A stretch of 64,000 nt of DNA from a virus. Location: positions 32,001-96,000 of IMG/VR virus record IMGVR_UViG_3300025887_000010; one strand, 5' to 3'. Under the pieces are notes generated by a model. It did no database searches and had not been told where the DNA came from. It was given only the letters and a program-made list of their open reading frames with translations. Below, in pieces: positions 33,725 to 43,176 of this stretch. Each line of letters begins with the position of its first letter. Position 1 is the first letter of the stretch. The position numbers and the translations under genes are program-made.

Positions 33725-34099
33725 CTATTTTGGGTCCCAAAGACGTGTGTCGATTACACGAGTCAGCACGCCGAATGAGTTGTAGTTCTGCTCGTATCCA
33801 AATGCGAGTTCTTCATCGTTTCGTGCGAGCAACACACAAACGGGAATCTTCCCAGTCTCTTGCGCGTAGATCAGCGCCTGTCCGATGCACTCGTAGTGTT
33901 TGGGTCGATACGCCCAGTCGAACTCCATGACGACGAATTCTGTTGCACAGTCGGGAAACAGTCGGGGTCCTGACAGATACGGTTCAGTCCCATGGTAGAG
34001 TTCGGCACAAATCAGGGTCGAATAGTAGGTCTCGCGTTCAGCGGCGTAGACTGGGTGACACGTCGACAGGAAGGTCAACATGACGAGTAGCTTCTTCAT
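33725..34099 (-). CDS. Signal-peptide-bearing protein with PD-(D/E)XK-like domain
   Basis: MKKLLVMLTFLSTCHPVYA signal; RLFPDC..EFDWA..K..E.IGQAL.YA..TGK.P..VLL. Confidence 0.6.
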   Translation of the reverse strand: MKKLLVMLTFLSTCHPVYAAERETYYSTLICAELYHGTEPYLSGPRLFPDCATEFVVMEFDWAYRPKHYECIGQALIYAQETGKIPVCVLLARNDEELAFGYEQNYNSFGVLTRVIDTRLWDPK

Positions 34100-34344
34100 T
34101 TCACAGCTCCAACTGCTTGCGCAACTACGTTTAACACCTGTGTGTTGTTTATCAACTTTCGATACTGAGAAGGCAAACGTCCCAATTGGTCGTTAAGCTC
34201 GTCAGCAACTATGTCAACCAAAGTTTCTATCTCATTACGTGTCAGACCACCACCATCAGAAAGTCTGGTCTTCATAGAACGATTGACGTCCATCATGTGG
34301 TCGACAGCATCGACAAAGGCTCGAAAAAGTTCACGATTATTCAT
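34096..34344 (-). CDS. Hypothetical protein
   Basis: ATGA-coupled ORF. Confidence 0.6.
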   Translation of the reverse strand: MNNRELFRAFVDAVDHMMDVNRSMKTRLSDGGGLTRNEIETLVDIVADELNDQLGRLPSQYRKLINNTQVLNVVAQAVGAVK

Positions 34345-34484
34345 GAAGGAAAGAGCTGACTCTGATTCACTCCGGCAGATTTTCCATTCATGTCAGCAAG
34401 GTCCTTTATGTCCTTGTAGTTCTCCATCTTCGGGTTCAGGACCGCTTGGATGGCTTCGTTCAGTATCTTTGCGTAATTTGTCAT
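34341..34484 (-). CDS. 47-aa hypothetical protein, paralog of 30210-30464
   Basis: AGGAG RBS; MTNYAKILNEAIQAV...ENYKDIKD. Confidence 0.55.
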   Translation of the reverse strand: MTNYAKILNEAIQAVLNPKMENYKDIKDLADMNGKSAGVNQSQLFPS

Positions 34485-35053
34485 TTCATATCTCCTGGGT
34501 TGATGACATCGAAAACATAGCACTTCTTTCGAAAGAAGCCCCTTTCGAGCGCTTTATTCATTCTGTGATGTCCGTCGAGTATGATGAGTTCTCCATTCCA
34601 GCGAACGAGAACAGGTCGTTTTTCGAGCTCGACCATGAAGCGGGAGCTCTTGAGCAGTGTGTCACCACCACCCATCTTAGAGAGCCAAGTTTGGCTCCCT
34701 TTCACATTTTTGAGATTGACGTATCTGACGTAGTCCCTTTCGAGTGTTTGAACAAATGACTCTCGATCTGCAGCAGCTTCTTCGATTTCGCTCATGCACT
34801 TTGAGACACAAGCGAATCCGTAAGAAATCAGGCCGTTGTCCTGATTGATGTGAGAGACAGGGAACTTCTGCTCCATATCTTCGAGCTTCTCTTCGATTTC
34901 ATCGTCATCATCGTCTTTCGAACGTTTCTTCTTCCTAAACAGAGGCTTGGTTTTGCCTGCTACTCCATCAGCTGAGTTCGTTGGTGCGGAAGCTCCTTCG
35001 CCCCCTTCCAAAACCATCTTGATGAGGTGGCTGAGAAGGCTTTCTTGTGTCAT
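34481..35053 (-). CDS. Protein with acidic N-terminal arm and C-terminal ParB/Srx-like domain
   Basis: SQTWL...PVLV..NGELIILDGHHRM. Confidence 0.65.
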   Translation of the reverse strand: MTQESLLSHLIKMVLEGGEGASAPTNSADGVAGKTKPLFRKKKRSKDDDDDEIEEKLEDMEQKFPVSHINQDNGLISYGFACVSKCMSEIEEAAADRESFVQTLERDYVRYVNLKNVKGSQTWLSKMGGGDTLLKSSRFMVELEKRPVLVRWNGELIILDGHHRMNKALERGFFRKKCYVFDVINPGDMK

Positions 35054-35082
35054 TCAGTTCGTCCAATCCGTTATTCGAAGAG

Positions 35083-35577
35083 TCAGACGACGGTCAAATT
35101 CCGATAGCGGATGTTGAGGTCGATCAGATTATCTTCGGTGCATACAAGTCTACTGCCTACAGGCAATTGCAAATCTTCATGATATTTTACCACTTCGAGA
35201 CTTTGCCCAATTTTGATGATCGGGCATTTCGCAGTCTGATTGATCACACCATAGAGAAGAATGCTTCGAACTTCGATGCATGACGCAAAATCGAAAAGAT
35301 TCGGTGAATCCAAGGAAGCGTCATCCGCATTGACATACTGGTCAATGATACACGCGGTCTTCATCAGCTCGAGACGTTCGAGATCAGCTTTCTCCTTTTC
35401 GTCATCTTCCATCCAACTTGATCGCTTCTGGATGCAGACGAAGCCTGTCGAATCAAGGTCCATTGTTTCCACGAGAGCTTCAATGGCATCATGAAGATTG
35501 GTGAAACCACCTTCGTGAATGCCGTCGACTGAGACGCAGAAAATGTTTCCGTCCATGTCAGATGTTTCCAATTTCAT
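35083..35577 (-). CDS. Hypothetical protein
   Basis: Coupled to the upstream stop; a competing plus-strand ORF (35047-35283) overlaps its 3' half. Confidence 0.5.
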   Translation of the reverse strand: MKLETSDMDGNIFCVSVDGIHEGGFTNLHDAIEALVETMDLDSTGFVCIQKRSSWMEDDEKEKADLERLELMKTACIIDQYVNADDASLDSPNLFDFASCIEVRSILLYGVINQTAKCPIIKIGQSLEVVKYHEDLQLPVGSRLVCTEDNLIDLNIRYRNLTVV

Positions 35578-35885
35578 CAGAACAACCTCGGCTGATCTTC
35601 GAGAGCGTTGATGTGTTGTGTGGACGGCGTCGACTTGGTTGGTTTGAAGAGTCTGAGATTGAGACTCTTCATGCTGTTGCGCATTTTGCGATCATTGCGA
35701 AGATAGAGAAACTCAGCAAGTTTGTCTGGAGTCGTACGAATAATGAGATCGAACGACGAGTCGTACATTGGCGATCGTATGCTCCAAACATCACTGAGAA
35801 GCTTTGACATTCCCCCAGATTGGAGATCGTAACGAGTGATAGTGATCTCCACTTCCATTCCTTCGTCATTCGTTTTCGTACCCAT
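35577..35885 (-). CDS. Hypothetical protein
   Basis: AGGA RBS before ATG 35885, after the promoter at 35920-35948. Confidence 0.65.
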   Translation of the reverse strand: MGTKTNDEGMEVEITITRYDLQSGGMSKLLSDVWSIRSPMYDSSFDLIIRTTPDKLAEFLYLRNDRKMRNSMKSLNLRLFKPTKSTPSTQHINALEDQPRLF

Positions 35886-35919
35886 GATCGTGATCCTTTT
35901 GTGTTTAGCTTGTAGGTTC

Positions 35920-35948
35920 AGAATATCACAATCACAACTCAATGTACA
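35920..35948 (-). promoter_or_regulatory. Early promoter (TGTACA-N17-TATTCT)
   Basis: Motif match. Confidence 0.7.
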
Positions 35949-36127
35949 CAACTGATTGTGTTGGCTTTCGCGTGCGAAAGCATCGCGATGCGCAAGCGCC
36001 TCACGAAGTCTTCAAGATTTTGGGTTTGATGCTGCTCTAGTGCGAATCGATTCAACACTCCCGCCCGCAGCTGCGCTGCTCCCACCTTCTCAATACAAAT
36101 CAAGTCAGACCTAGACTATACTTGAAC

Positions 36128-36157
36128 TTGATTGATTGATTGATTGATTGGATTGGA
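36128..36157. repeat. (TTGA)5(TTGGA)2 microsatellite in the divergent intergenic region
   Basis: Visible directly in the sequence. Confidence 0.9.
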
Positions 36158-36334
36158 TAAAGAAGATATAAAACACTCCAAAACTAATGTACATATACAA
36201 AATGCATTCTTACAAAAGAATTTATCGTGTGTGATCCACTTGTCCTGATCATCAGCATTTCAACCAAGCTCGCTGGGTCTCATCATCGTGTTTGATTATG
36301 ATACATATATTAGGATTGCACGTGTGTACCTGTG

Positions 36335-36446
36335 TGTACGGGTGTATACGGGTGTGATATTCTATAGTCATTTTATAGTCGTAACATACATGACAAGAAA
36401 AGTACACAAATGAGTTGTGTACATGTAACAAAGAATTTGATATAAA
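36335..36446 (+). promoter_or_regulatory. Tandem early promoters for topoisomerase (TGTACG-N17-TATTCT at 36335-36363; TGTACA-N17-TATAAA at 36418-36446)
   Basis: Motif matches. Confidence 0.65.
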
Positions 36447-36470
36447 AAACCATAAGCAAAGGATAACTAA

Positions 36471-38420
36471 ATGGCACGAAGAAAAAAGACACCGATCAAA
36501 GACGACGAGATCATCGCTCTCACTCAATTCCAACATGCTCGGATGAGAACGACCATGTATCTCGGTTCAACAGTTTCCGAGAAGCTTCGCTTTCCAATCA
36601 TCAACGATTCGAAAGTCATCGAGTTTCGCGAATTCGAATATGTCCCAGCGATTCTCGTTTCGTTTCGTGAAGCAATCGACAATGCTCTCGACGAACTGAC
36701 AAAATGCGGCGGAGGCGATCTGAAGGTTGACTACGACCACAAGTCTCTTATCTTCAAAATCTCCGACAACGGTCGCGGTATTCCAATCGAATTCTCTAAA
36801 GAGCTCGGCACCTATAAAGCGACAGCAGCACTCAGCGAAACACGCACAGGTCGAAACTTCATGGAGCGTGAAGGAACGGCCGGCATGAATGGTCTCGGCA
36901 TCTCAATTGTCAACATGTGTTCGAACTGGTTCCAAACCTACATCGAACGCGACGGAAAGTCGTTCTTCCAACGATTCGATCCTGGTGAAATTGATCTCAT
37001 CATCTCCGAGCCAGTCATCGGTGAAAGCAAGAGCCGCAAAACCGGCACTACAATCGAATTCCAACTCTCGAAGAACATCTTCAAAGGCACACTCCCTGAA
37101 GAAATCGTCGAATCGTTGCTCTACCAAATCTCGGTGAGCCAACCTGACATCAACGTCTACTTCAACGGTTCGAAGATTGCTCATAAGGTTGATCCCAAGA
37201 TGGCTCTCTTCGGAAAGTCGGAAGATGTTCACCATCTCAAACTTGGTGACAGCGGAAAGATCAACCTCTTCATTGCTCCATCAGATACATTCGAGCACTT
37301 CTCATTGGTCAACAACATTCCGACCATCAATGGTGGATCACATATTGACGCTCTGAAGTTCAAGTTCGGCAAGTACGTTCTCGAGTATCTGAAGAAAGAG
37401 AGCCGCAAGCGCAAGCTCAATCCAAACAGTCAAGACGTTTTGAACTGCTGCTTCTTCTATATGACGATCTTCATGAACTCACCCGAATTCGATGGTCAAA
37501 CAAAGTCGCGACTCCTCAATCCTGAGCTCGCAAAGCAAATCCACGACTATCTCGACCCATCCGACATGTCTCGCTACAATCTTCCGTCAAAGATCGTCGA
37601 AATGATCTACGATCGTTGCTCTGCTCGTACAGGTCGTAAGGATAAAGCTGAAATTGACAAGAAGGAAAAGGAGCTGAAGAAGAAGAAAGTTCCATCACTT
37701 TCAGATGCGACTGCGAAGGATCGCACAAAATGCACTCTCGCACTCTTCGAAGGTTTCTCAGCTTCATCATCATATCTCTCGGTTCGCAATGTCGAAACTC
37801 AAGCTTCCATGCCTCTTCGCGGTAAGATTCGCAACACGTGGGGTCTTCGTCCTAAGTCTGCTCTGAAGTCGGAAACGATCGATCAAATCTGTGCAGCCAT
37901 CGGAATCGTTCCTGGCAAATCTGCCGATCCTGCGAATCTTCGCTATTCGCAAATCCAAATCTACACCGACGCAGATCATGATGGTTCGAACATCACAGGA
38001 CTGATCATCGCGCTCTTCTACAACTTCTGGCCGGAGCTCTTTGATCGCGAATGGTTGGAAGAGAACAACAAGGGCAAGCCTTTCATCGTCATGTCCCTGA
38101 CACCGCTCTTCGCTGTTCAGAAAGGCAAAGAACGTCGCTACTTCTACGTTGGCGAACATTTCGACATGGATGAATTGAAGAAGCAAGGATGGAAGTTCGT
38201 ATCTCGTTTCAAAGGTCTTGGTGCTCTCGACAACGAAGAATGGGTCGCTCACGTCAATGACAAGAAGTCGAAAATACCTGTCTTAGACGATGGTCGCCTC
38301 GAAGCTGTCCTGAACACAAACTTTGGTGATCGATCTTCTCTTCGCAAGAAAATGCTCCAAGGAGAACTCACCGTTGAGAACGCAAATGATCACAATGACT
38401 TTTCAAATGAGGGCGACTAA
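36471..38420 (+). CDS. gp39: DNA topoisomerase II large subunit (gp39+gp60 fused, GyrB-like)
   Basis: EAIDNALDE, DNGRGIP, GMNGLG, EGFSA, PLRGK, DADHDG, RFKGLG. Confidence 0.95.
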   Translation: MARRKKTPIKDDEIIALTQFQHARMRTTMYLGSTVSEKLRFPIINDSKVIEFREFEYVPAILVSFREAIDNALDELTKCGGGDLKVDYDHKSLIFKISDNGRGIPIEFSKELGTYKATAALSETRTGRNFMEREGTAGMNGLGISIVNMCSNWFQTYIERDGKSFFQRFDPGEIDLIISEPVIGESKSRKTGTTIEFQLSKNIFKGTLPEEIVESLLYQISVSQPDINVYFNGSKIAHKVDPKMALFGKSEDVHHLKLGDSGKINLFIAPSDTFEHFSLVNNIPTINGGSHIDALKFKFGKYVLEYLKKESRKRKLNPNSQDVLNCCFFYMTIFMNSPEFDGQTKSRLLNPELAKQIHDYLDPSDMSRYNLPSKIVEMIYDRCSARTGRKDKAEIDKKEKELKKKKVPSLSDATAKDRTKCTLALFEGFSASSSYLSVRNVETQASMPLRGKIRNTWGLRPKSALKSETIDQICAAIGIVPGKSADPANLRYSQIQIYTDADHDGSNITGLIIALFYNFWPELFDREWLEENNKGKPFIVMSLTPLFAVQKGKERRYFYVGEHFDMDELKKQGWKFVSRFKGLGALDNEEWVAHVNDKKSKIPVLDDGRLEAVLNTNFGDRSSLRKKMLQGELTVENANDHNDFSNEGD

Positions 38421-38638
38421 TGACTACTAAGACAATCACTAAGACAATCCCCAAATCGGAGACAAAAATCGATAAGCCGATCAAGCGTTGCGTCGACTGC
38501 GACTCCGATTGTTGGGATGTCGCTCCTCACTACTTATCATGTTGGCTTGGAGTGTGCAGTACAGGAAACAACATTGGCATCGCTGATGGTCTATGCCCTT
38601 TCTTGACGGATGAAGTTCCACTTCCTCCAAAAGAGTAG
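38420..38638 (+). CDS. Small Cys-rich hypothetical protein
   Basis: CVDC...C...C...C pattern; TAATG coupling. Confidence 0.55.
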   Translation: MTTKTITKTIPKSETKIDKPIKRCVDCDSDCWDVAPHYLSCWLGVCSTGNNIGIADGLCPFLTDEVPLPPKE

Positions 38639-38667
38639 TTTACTTCTAGCACATATTGTGTTATGAT
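38639..38667 (+). promoter_or_regulatory. Early promoter (TTTACT-N17-TATGAT)
   Basis: Motif match. Confidence 0.65.
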
Positions 38668-38697
38668 GAATTATAAACCAAAACAAAGGAAGCATAA

Positions 38698-38937
38698 ATG
38701 AAACTTTTTACTAAGATTGACAGTGAAGTTGAAATCTCAAAAATTCGGGATGCTGTCAAAATAACTGATGTCGCAAATGTTATTTCGACATTTTCAAAAA
38801 TCACAAAGAGTTTCAGTGATGAAAGCCAAATCAAAGCTCTTCACTATGCAATGGTCATCGAAGTTGGAAAGTCAAATGAATTACTCGGAGGTCATCCAAT
38901 CATCTCCGTCAACGATCTCAACGAGGCCTTGAAGTAA
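38698..38937 (+). CDS. Hypothetical protein
   Basis: AAGGAAG RBS. Confidence 0.65.
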   Translation: MKLFTKIDSEVEISKIRDAVKITDVANVISTFSKITKSFSDESQIKALHYAMVIEVGKSNELLGGHPIISVNDLNEALK

Positions 38938-39113
38938 TGGAAGAAAAAACGTTACCTCATTATGTGAATGCTATCGATCCTTCTGACGAAGAAATCGCTG
39001 TAGCATTGTATTATCCTGATCATTTTGGCAAAGGTCATGGAGCCATTCGTTTTGACGGCTTCAATATGCCCTTTCACAGTGAACACACGATTGAATTTGA
39101 GGAATACTCATGA
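38937..39113 (+). CDS. 58-aa hypothetical protein (not in ORF track)
   Basis: TAATG and ATGA overlaps on both sides; MEEKTLPHYV...EFEEYS. Confidence 0.55.
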   Translation: MEEKTLPHYVNAIDPSDEEIAVALYYPDHFGKGHGAIRFDGFNMPFHSEHTIEFEEYS

Positions 39114-40468
39114 ACGACATACTCGAAAAAGTTCTCGCAGATTATGCTGCAGTCAACTCTTCTGAACACCTTTTCGAAATCTCGAAGGAATACGCTCACT
39201 ACGTCGTTGAAGAACGTGCGATCCCATCGATAAAGGACGGTCTCAAATCTTCTCAGCGCATCGCATTGTGGACGATGAAGCGCTATGTTTCTGGCAACAA
39301 GATCAAAACGATTGGTCTTTCAGGCACAGCAACCGCCGTCAACCTCTACAACCACTCCGATCTCTCGGGAACGATCTCAATGATGACCGGTCCATACGTC
39401 AACAATGAGCCATTCTTCAAAGGATATGGTGCGTTCGGTACGATCGTTCGTCCTCGCTCATTCGGTGCACCACGTTACACATCCGTTGGTATGTCCGACT
39501 TCGCTAACAAGGTGATGTTCAAGGACAGCGACATCTACACCATCGTTCCATCCGAGGACGGCGACTCCGAAATCTGCGAATCGTTTCTGCCATTGCTTCC
39601 GACTGTTCTCCTGAACGGCAGCTCCGGTATGGCAATCGGTTATTCGACCGACATTCTTCCACACTCCGCAGAGGATTTGCAACGAGGTGTACTCGACATC
39701 CTGAAAGGGAAGAAGATCGCAGACATCGATCCTAAGTTCAAGAAGTATGATGTCAACATCAAGCGCATCGGCGAATCGTTGAGCTACCTATTCTCGGGCA
39801 AGGTCAAAATCCACAACACCACGACCGTCGAAATCCTTTCGATCCCACCTGGTATGACGCTTACATCACTCAAAGAACGCCTCGATGATCTAGAAGTACG
39901 TGGTCTCATCACACGATACGAAGACCAAGTGTCCGAGCGATTCAGTGTCATCGTCAAGATGCCTCGCAAAGAACTTGATAGCCGCCAAACTGAAGAAGCA
40001 TTGAACATGCTCTTCAAAACTCGCTCGAAAATGACCGAACGTCTCATCGTAGTAGGTTTTGACGGGCATGTCAAAATATACAAGAACCATCACGATTTGA
40101 TCTCTGAATGGTGCGATTGGAGATTTTCATTCTATGTGAAGCGCTACGAACGTCTACTTCGCCTGAACAATGATCGACTCGATTTCCTTCGTGATGTCAT
40201 GAAATGCTTCGATGCAAATCTACCGAAGGAAATCACACAACACAAAACACGTCAGTCACTCACTGATCGGGTTGAAGAAATCTGTGGTCGGCAACGTCCA
40301 CAGATTGTTGAGTTCGCTACGTACAAGTGGACAGAAGAGTATCGCGACAAAGTGATCGAGGAGATCGAAGAGCTTGTCACGAAAGGTGAAGAGTTTACTC
40401 ATCTCGTCAATGATGAGAATGCTCGTCGCAAAGTATTTGCCGAGGAGGTGAAGCAATGTCTAAAATAG
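39110..40468 (+). CDS. gp52: DNA topoisomerase II medium subunit (GyrA-like)
   Basis: RAIPSIKDGLKSSQR, APRYT (catalytic Tyr), LLNGSSGMAIGYST. Confidence 0.95.
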   Translation: MNDILEKVLADYAAVNSSEHLFEISKEYAHYVVEERAIPSIKDGLKSSQRIALWTMKRYVSGNKIKTIGLSGTATAVNLYNHSDLSGTISMMTGPYVNNEPFFKGYGAFGTIVRPRSFGAPRYTSVGMSDFANKVMFKDSDIYTIVPSEDGDSEICESFLPLLPTVLLNGSSGMAIGYSTDILPHSAEDLQRGVLDILKGKKIADIDPKFKKYDVNIKRIGESLSYLFSGKVKIHNTTTVEILSIPPGMTLTSLKERLDDLEVRGLITRYEDQVSERFSVIVKMPRKELDSRQTEEALNMLFKTRSKMTERLIVVGFDGHVKIYKNHHDLISEWCDWRFSFYVKRYERLLRLNNDRLDFLRDVMKCFDANLPKEITQHKTRQSLTDRVEEICGRQRPQIVEFATYKWTEEYRDKVIEEIEELVTKGEEFTHLVNDENARRKVFAEEVKQCLK

Positions 40469-40692
40469 AAAAGAGTGCAATCGATGAATTTCATACATTA
40501 TCTGTCAACGCTCAAAGTGAGCTCGTTAAATATCGCAGAGAAATTGCTGAGTTTCGGAAAAAACCAAACCGAGCTGACTGGTACCACCAAGAAACCAAAC
40601 TCCAATCCCTCGTCCTCTCTGCAAAAAACCTTGCCGATGAATGCCGCAAACGGTTCGTCATTCACAATTCTGAAGGAGCGCAAAATGGGTGA
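40456..40692 (+). CDS. Hypothetical protein
   Basis: GGAGG RBS. Confidence 0.6.
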   Translation: MSKIEKSAIDEFHTLSVNAQSELVKYRREIAEFRKKPNRADWYHQETKLQSLVLSAKNLADECRKRFVIHNSEGAQNG

Positions 40693-41479
40693 ATTCAAAC
40701 ATCCCATCATTTCTGAATACCACAAGACGACGAAGAAGTCACGTGGTGTCAACACTAAACGATTTGGTGTAATCCACTACACAGCAGGTTCGAGATTCAG
40801 GCGTGATGTTGAGCTCCTCAGTGTCGATGCCGCACAGGTTTCTTGCCATTACGTGATTTCACCAGCTGGCGATGTCGCGAAGATTGGTTCGGACGATGAC
40901 ATCTTGTGGCATGCCGGCAAATCCACATGGAAAGGTTTCAACGGCCTGAACGCTCACTCAATTGGTTTTGAGTTGACGAACCCCGGTGAAATGGCCATCT
41001 CTGGTAACGAAGCAATTGCATGGTTCGGTGATCGCTATCCGCTGTCTGAGTGTGTCATCAATGGCAATAAGGCATATCTTCCGTATGGCTTTCGTCAGAT
41101 TGATGCTCTTCGCACTTTGAGTGAGGCACTCATTGACTACCACGGTACATTCATTGAGTTTGTCGGTCATCAGGATATCTCTCCAGATCGAAAGATCGAT
41201 CCCGGCAATGGCATCATCTTTCCTTACGGCTTCTACGACAAAATGAACGAGTTCATCAACACACGGAAACCAAATACGAAAGTTGACTCTGAGTATATGG
41301 ACCCAATCAAAATGCGTGTTGATGTGAGTTCAGTTCTAAATGTTCGTTCAGGTCCAGGCACGACTTACGAACGAATCGATGCCAAGACGAATGGGGAGAA
41401 GATCACAATCGCTCGGAAGAGCGGTGATTGGCTCAAGATCGAGGGCGGTGGTTGGGTCCACCGGGCGTATGTGAAATGA
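40685..41479 (+). CDS. Endolysin: N-acetylmuramoyl-L-alanine amidase plus C-terminal SH3b
   Basis: VIHYTAG, SCHYVI, WHAG.S.W....LN..SIG.E, GHQDISPDRKIDPG; LNVRSGPG...W.KI..GGWV. Confidence 0.9.
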   Translation: MGEFKHPIISEYHKTTKKSRGVNTKRFGVIHYTAGSRFRRDVELLSVDAAQVSCHYVISPAGDVAKIGSDDDILWHAGKSTWKGFNGLNAHSIGFELTNPGEMAISGNEAIAWFGDRYPLSECVINGNKAYLPYGFRQIDALRTLSEALIDYHGTFIEFVGHQDISPDRKIDPGNGIIFPYGFYDKMNEFINTRKPNTKVDSEYMDPIKMRVDVSSVLNVRSGPGTTYERIDAKTNGEKITIARKSGDWLKIEGGGWVHRAYVK

Positions 41480-41685
41480 AGAACATGAAAATGCACGATC
41501 ACATGTCTTCATTCCAGATTCACAAAACACGAAATCTCCCTAACGGGGGTTTCGTTGATCTCTTCTCACTCGAAGGCGAACTCAAAACTCAGCATATGGA
41601 GTTCTCTCACAGGGATGCAGATGGCGTCAACGTGTTCAATCAGACGAAGGTTGTCGCCGGGGATTCATTCGACTCGATCGTGTAA
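41476..41685 (+). CDS. Hypothetical protein
   Basis: ATGA-coupled to the amidase. Confidence 0.5.
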   Translation: MKNMKMHDHMSSFQIHKTRNLPNGGFVDLFSLEGELKTQHMEFSHRDADGVNVFNQTKVVAGDSFDSIV

Positions 41686-41689
41686 AATA
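41683..41689 (+). promoter_or_regulatory. Candidate late promoter TAAAATA heading the baseplate operon
   Basis: 30 nt upstream of ATG 41720. Confidence 0.5.
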
Positions 41690-41719
41690 ACCAACAGAGC
41701 TTGAAAAGGACACACTCTG

Positions 41720-41875
41720 ATGAAGCAGTGGATCATCAAACTTAGGATGTCCGATCAGTCGGTCGTCCGAACTGTCGTTTTCGCTGAAAATACGACAAAC
41801 GCCGTACGTGTAGCGACTGCTCAGTTTTCCGGAGCAGAGATCACGTCACAACCTGAGGAAATGAGAACAGAGTGA
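41720..41875 (+). CDS. 51-aa hypothetical protein (not in ORF track)
   Basis: AAAGGA RBS; MKQWIIKLRM...; GTGA overlap with gp48. Confidence 0.6.
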   Translation: MKQWIIKLRMSDQSVVRTVVFAENTTNAVRVATAQFSGAEITSQPEEMRTE

Positions 41876-42603
41876 AGTCTTTCGACCTATCCCAATCCGA
41901 AAACCTACCATCGGTGACAATCGAGAGTTTGGCGTTTCAGTCATTCGCCACAACTGGTGAGCGTCAATCACAGGTTCAGTTGACACTCGGTGAACGTCAA
42001 TCTCTTGGTACCAACCTTATCGCGACTCTTCCCATTCCAGATCAGATGCAGTTTTCATCAGACTGGAATTGGTCAGTTGAAGACCGATCGATCGTGCAGA
42101 ACCTCGTCTCTAATGTCGGTGACCTTCGTGGTTCCTCGTTCGAAGACTTTCAGAAGGCAATCACGAACATTGCTGGACGAACCGCGATTCGAGCTGGTGA
42201 TCTGTTTGGTACAAGATCAGCTGGTCAAAATCTTGGGGTCGCACAAAACACACTGAAAGAAATCTTCTTCGATGGTGTGCAGAATCGGACGTTCACCTGG
42301 GAATGGAAGTTTGCTCCTCGGTCACCACAGGAATACGTTCGAACGAAAGAGTTTATCGCACTGACAAAGCGTGCAGCCTCACCTGAAAAGACAGCAGGCG
42401 CACTTTTCCGAATTCCTGACTCGTTTCGCATTTCGTTCAATGACATTGACCTTCCTGTGATCAAGGAATGTGCATGCACCAATATTTCCGACAACTACAG
42501 CGACTCAGGCAAGATTCGCATTCACAGTGATGGTAATCCAGCGTTCATCAATCTCGCGATGACCTTCACTGAAATCGACATCAATGACAGGAACGACTTC
42601 TGA
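41872..42603 (+). CDS. gp48: Baseplate tail tube cap
   Basis: RTFTWEWKFAPRSPQE, F.IP..F.I, C.CTNI..NY, DG.P....L..TF.E. Confidence 0.85.
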   Translation: MKSFDLSQSENLPSVTIESLAFQSFATTGERQSQVQLTLGERQSLGTNLIATLPIPDQMQFSSDWNWSVEDRSIVQNLVSNVGDLRGSSFEDFQKAITNIAGRTAIRAGDLFGTRSAGQNLGVAQNTLKEIFFDGVQNRTFTWEWKFAPRSPQEYVRTKEFIALTKRAASPEKTAGALFRIPDSFRISFNDIDLPVIKECACTNISDNYSDSGKIRIHSDGNPAFINLAMTFTEIDINDRNDF

Positions 42604-43175
42604 TGGCATTCTTCAGCGACTTTGGAACGAAGCAATTTTCGATCAACGGGGTCGAGTACGAAGTTGAGGACATCACTAAACGAGTCAGCAACTTCCCGAA
42701 CAACTGGTACAATCTCACCTACATCGAGGACTTCTATATCCAATCTGGTGTGCGTCCTGACCAGCTTGCGAACCAGCTCTATGGTGACGTCAATCTGTGG
42801 TGGACATTCTACATTCTGAATGGTCTCACTGATGCTGATTGGCCACTTGACGATTCCGTCATAAACGACGAAATCCTCTCGATGTACAACAACTACCAGA
42901 TCAATTCACCAGTGAAGTCCACTCGTTTCGAATCAAGCTTCGCAGCGGATGGCAAAGCCATATCTCACCAATCAGCTCTCGCGATGTATGCATCTCCTAC
43001 CCGAATGGCAGTGATGAGATCAAAGCAGGTTGGCAAATTCTACGAATGGGAACAGAAGAACTCTCTCCGCGACAAGATGCTCGCAGACAACGAGTCGAAG
43101 CGAAGCATCAAGATCGTATCGACCGATTTTATCTACGATTTTGCGAGAGATTTCAAATTCAAGATCAAAAGTTGA
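42603..43175 (+). CDS. gp53: Baseplate wedge subunit
   Basis: RPDQLANQLYGDVNLWWTFYILN, DWPL, E...N...R.IK. Confidence 0.88.
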   Translation: MAFFSDFGTKQFSINGVEYEVEDITKRVSNFPNNWYNLTYIEDFYIQSGVRPDQLANQLYGDVNLWWTFYILNGLTDADWPLDDSVINDEILSMYNNYQINSPVKSTRFESSFAADGKAISHQSALAMYASPTRMAVMRSKQVGKFYEWEQKNSLRDKMLADNESKRSIKIVSTDFIYDFARDFKFKIKS

Positions 43176-43176
43176 A

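Noticed and set aside
36040-36090. tmRNA/tRNA-like 3' end (TTCAACACTCCCGCCCGCAGC...CCCACC)
   Set aside because: Insertions break the T-arm and no acceptor-stem partner or anticodon arm was found. No tRNA genes are supported in the window.
36252-36536. 94-aa minus-strand ORF in the divergent region
   Set aside because: Low-complexity AT-rich translation overlapping the topoisomerase promoters and start; no RBS.
36471-40468. Translational bypass or intron in topoisomerase (as in T4 gene 60)
   Set aside because: Both subunits are continuous ORFs with all motifs in frame.
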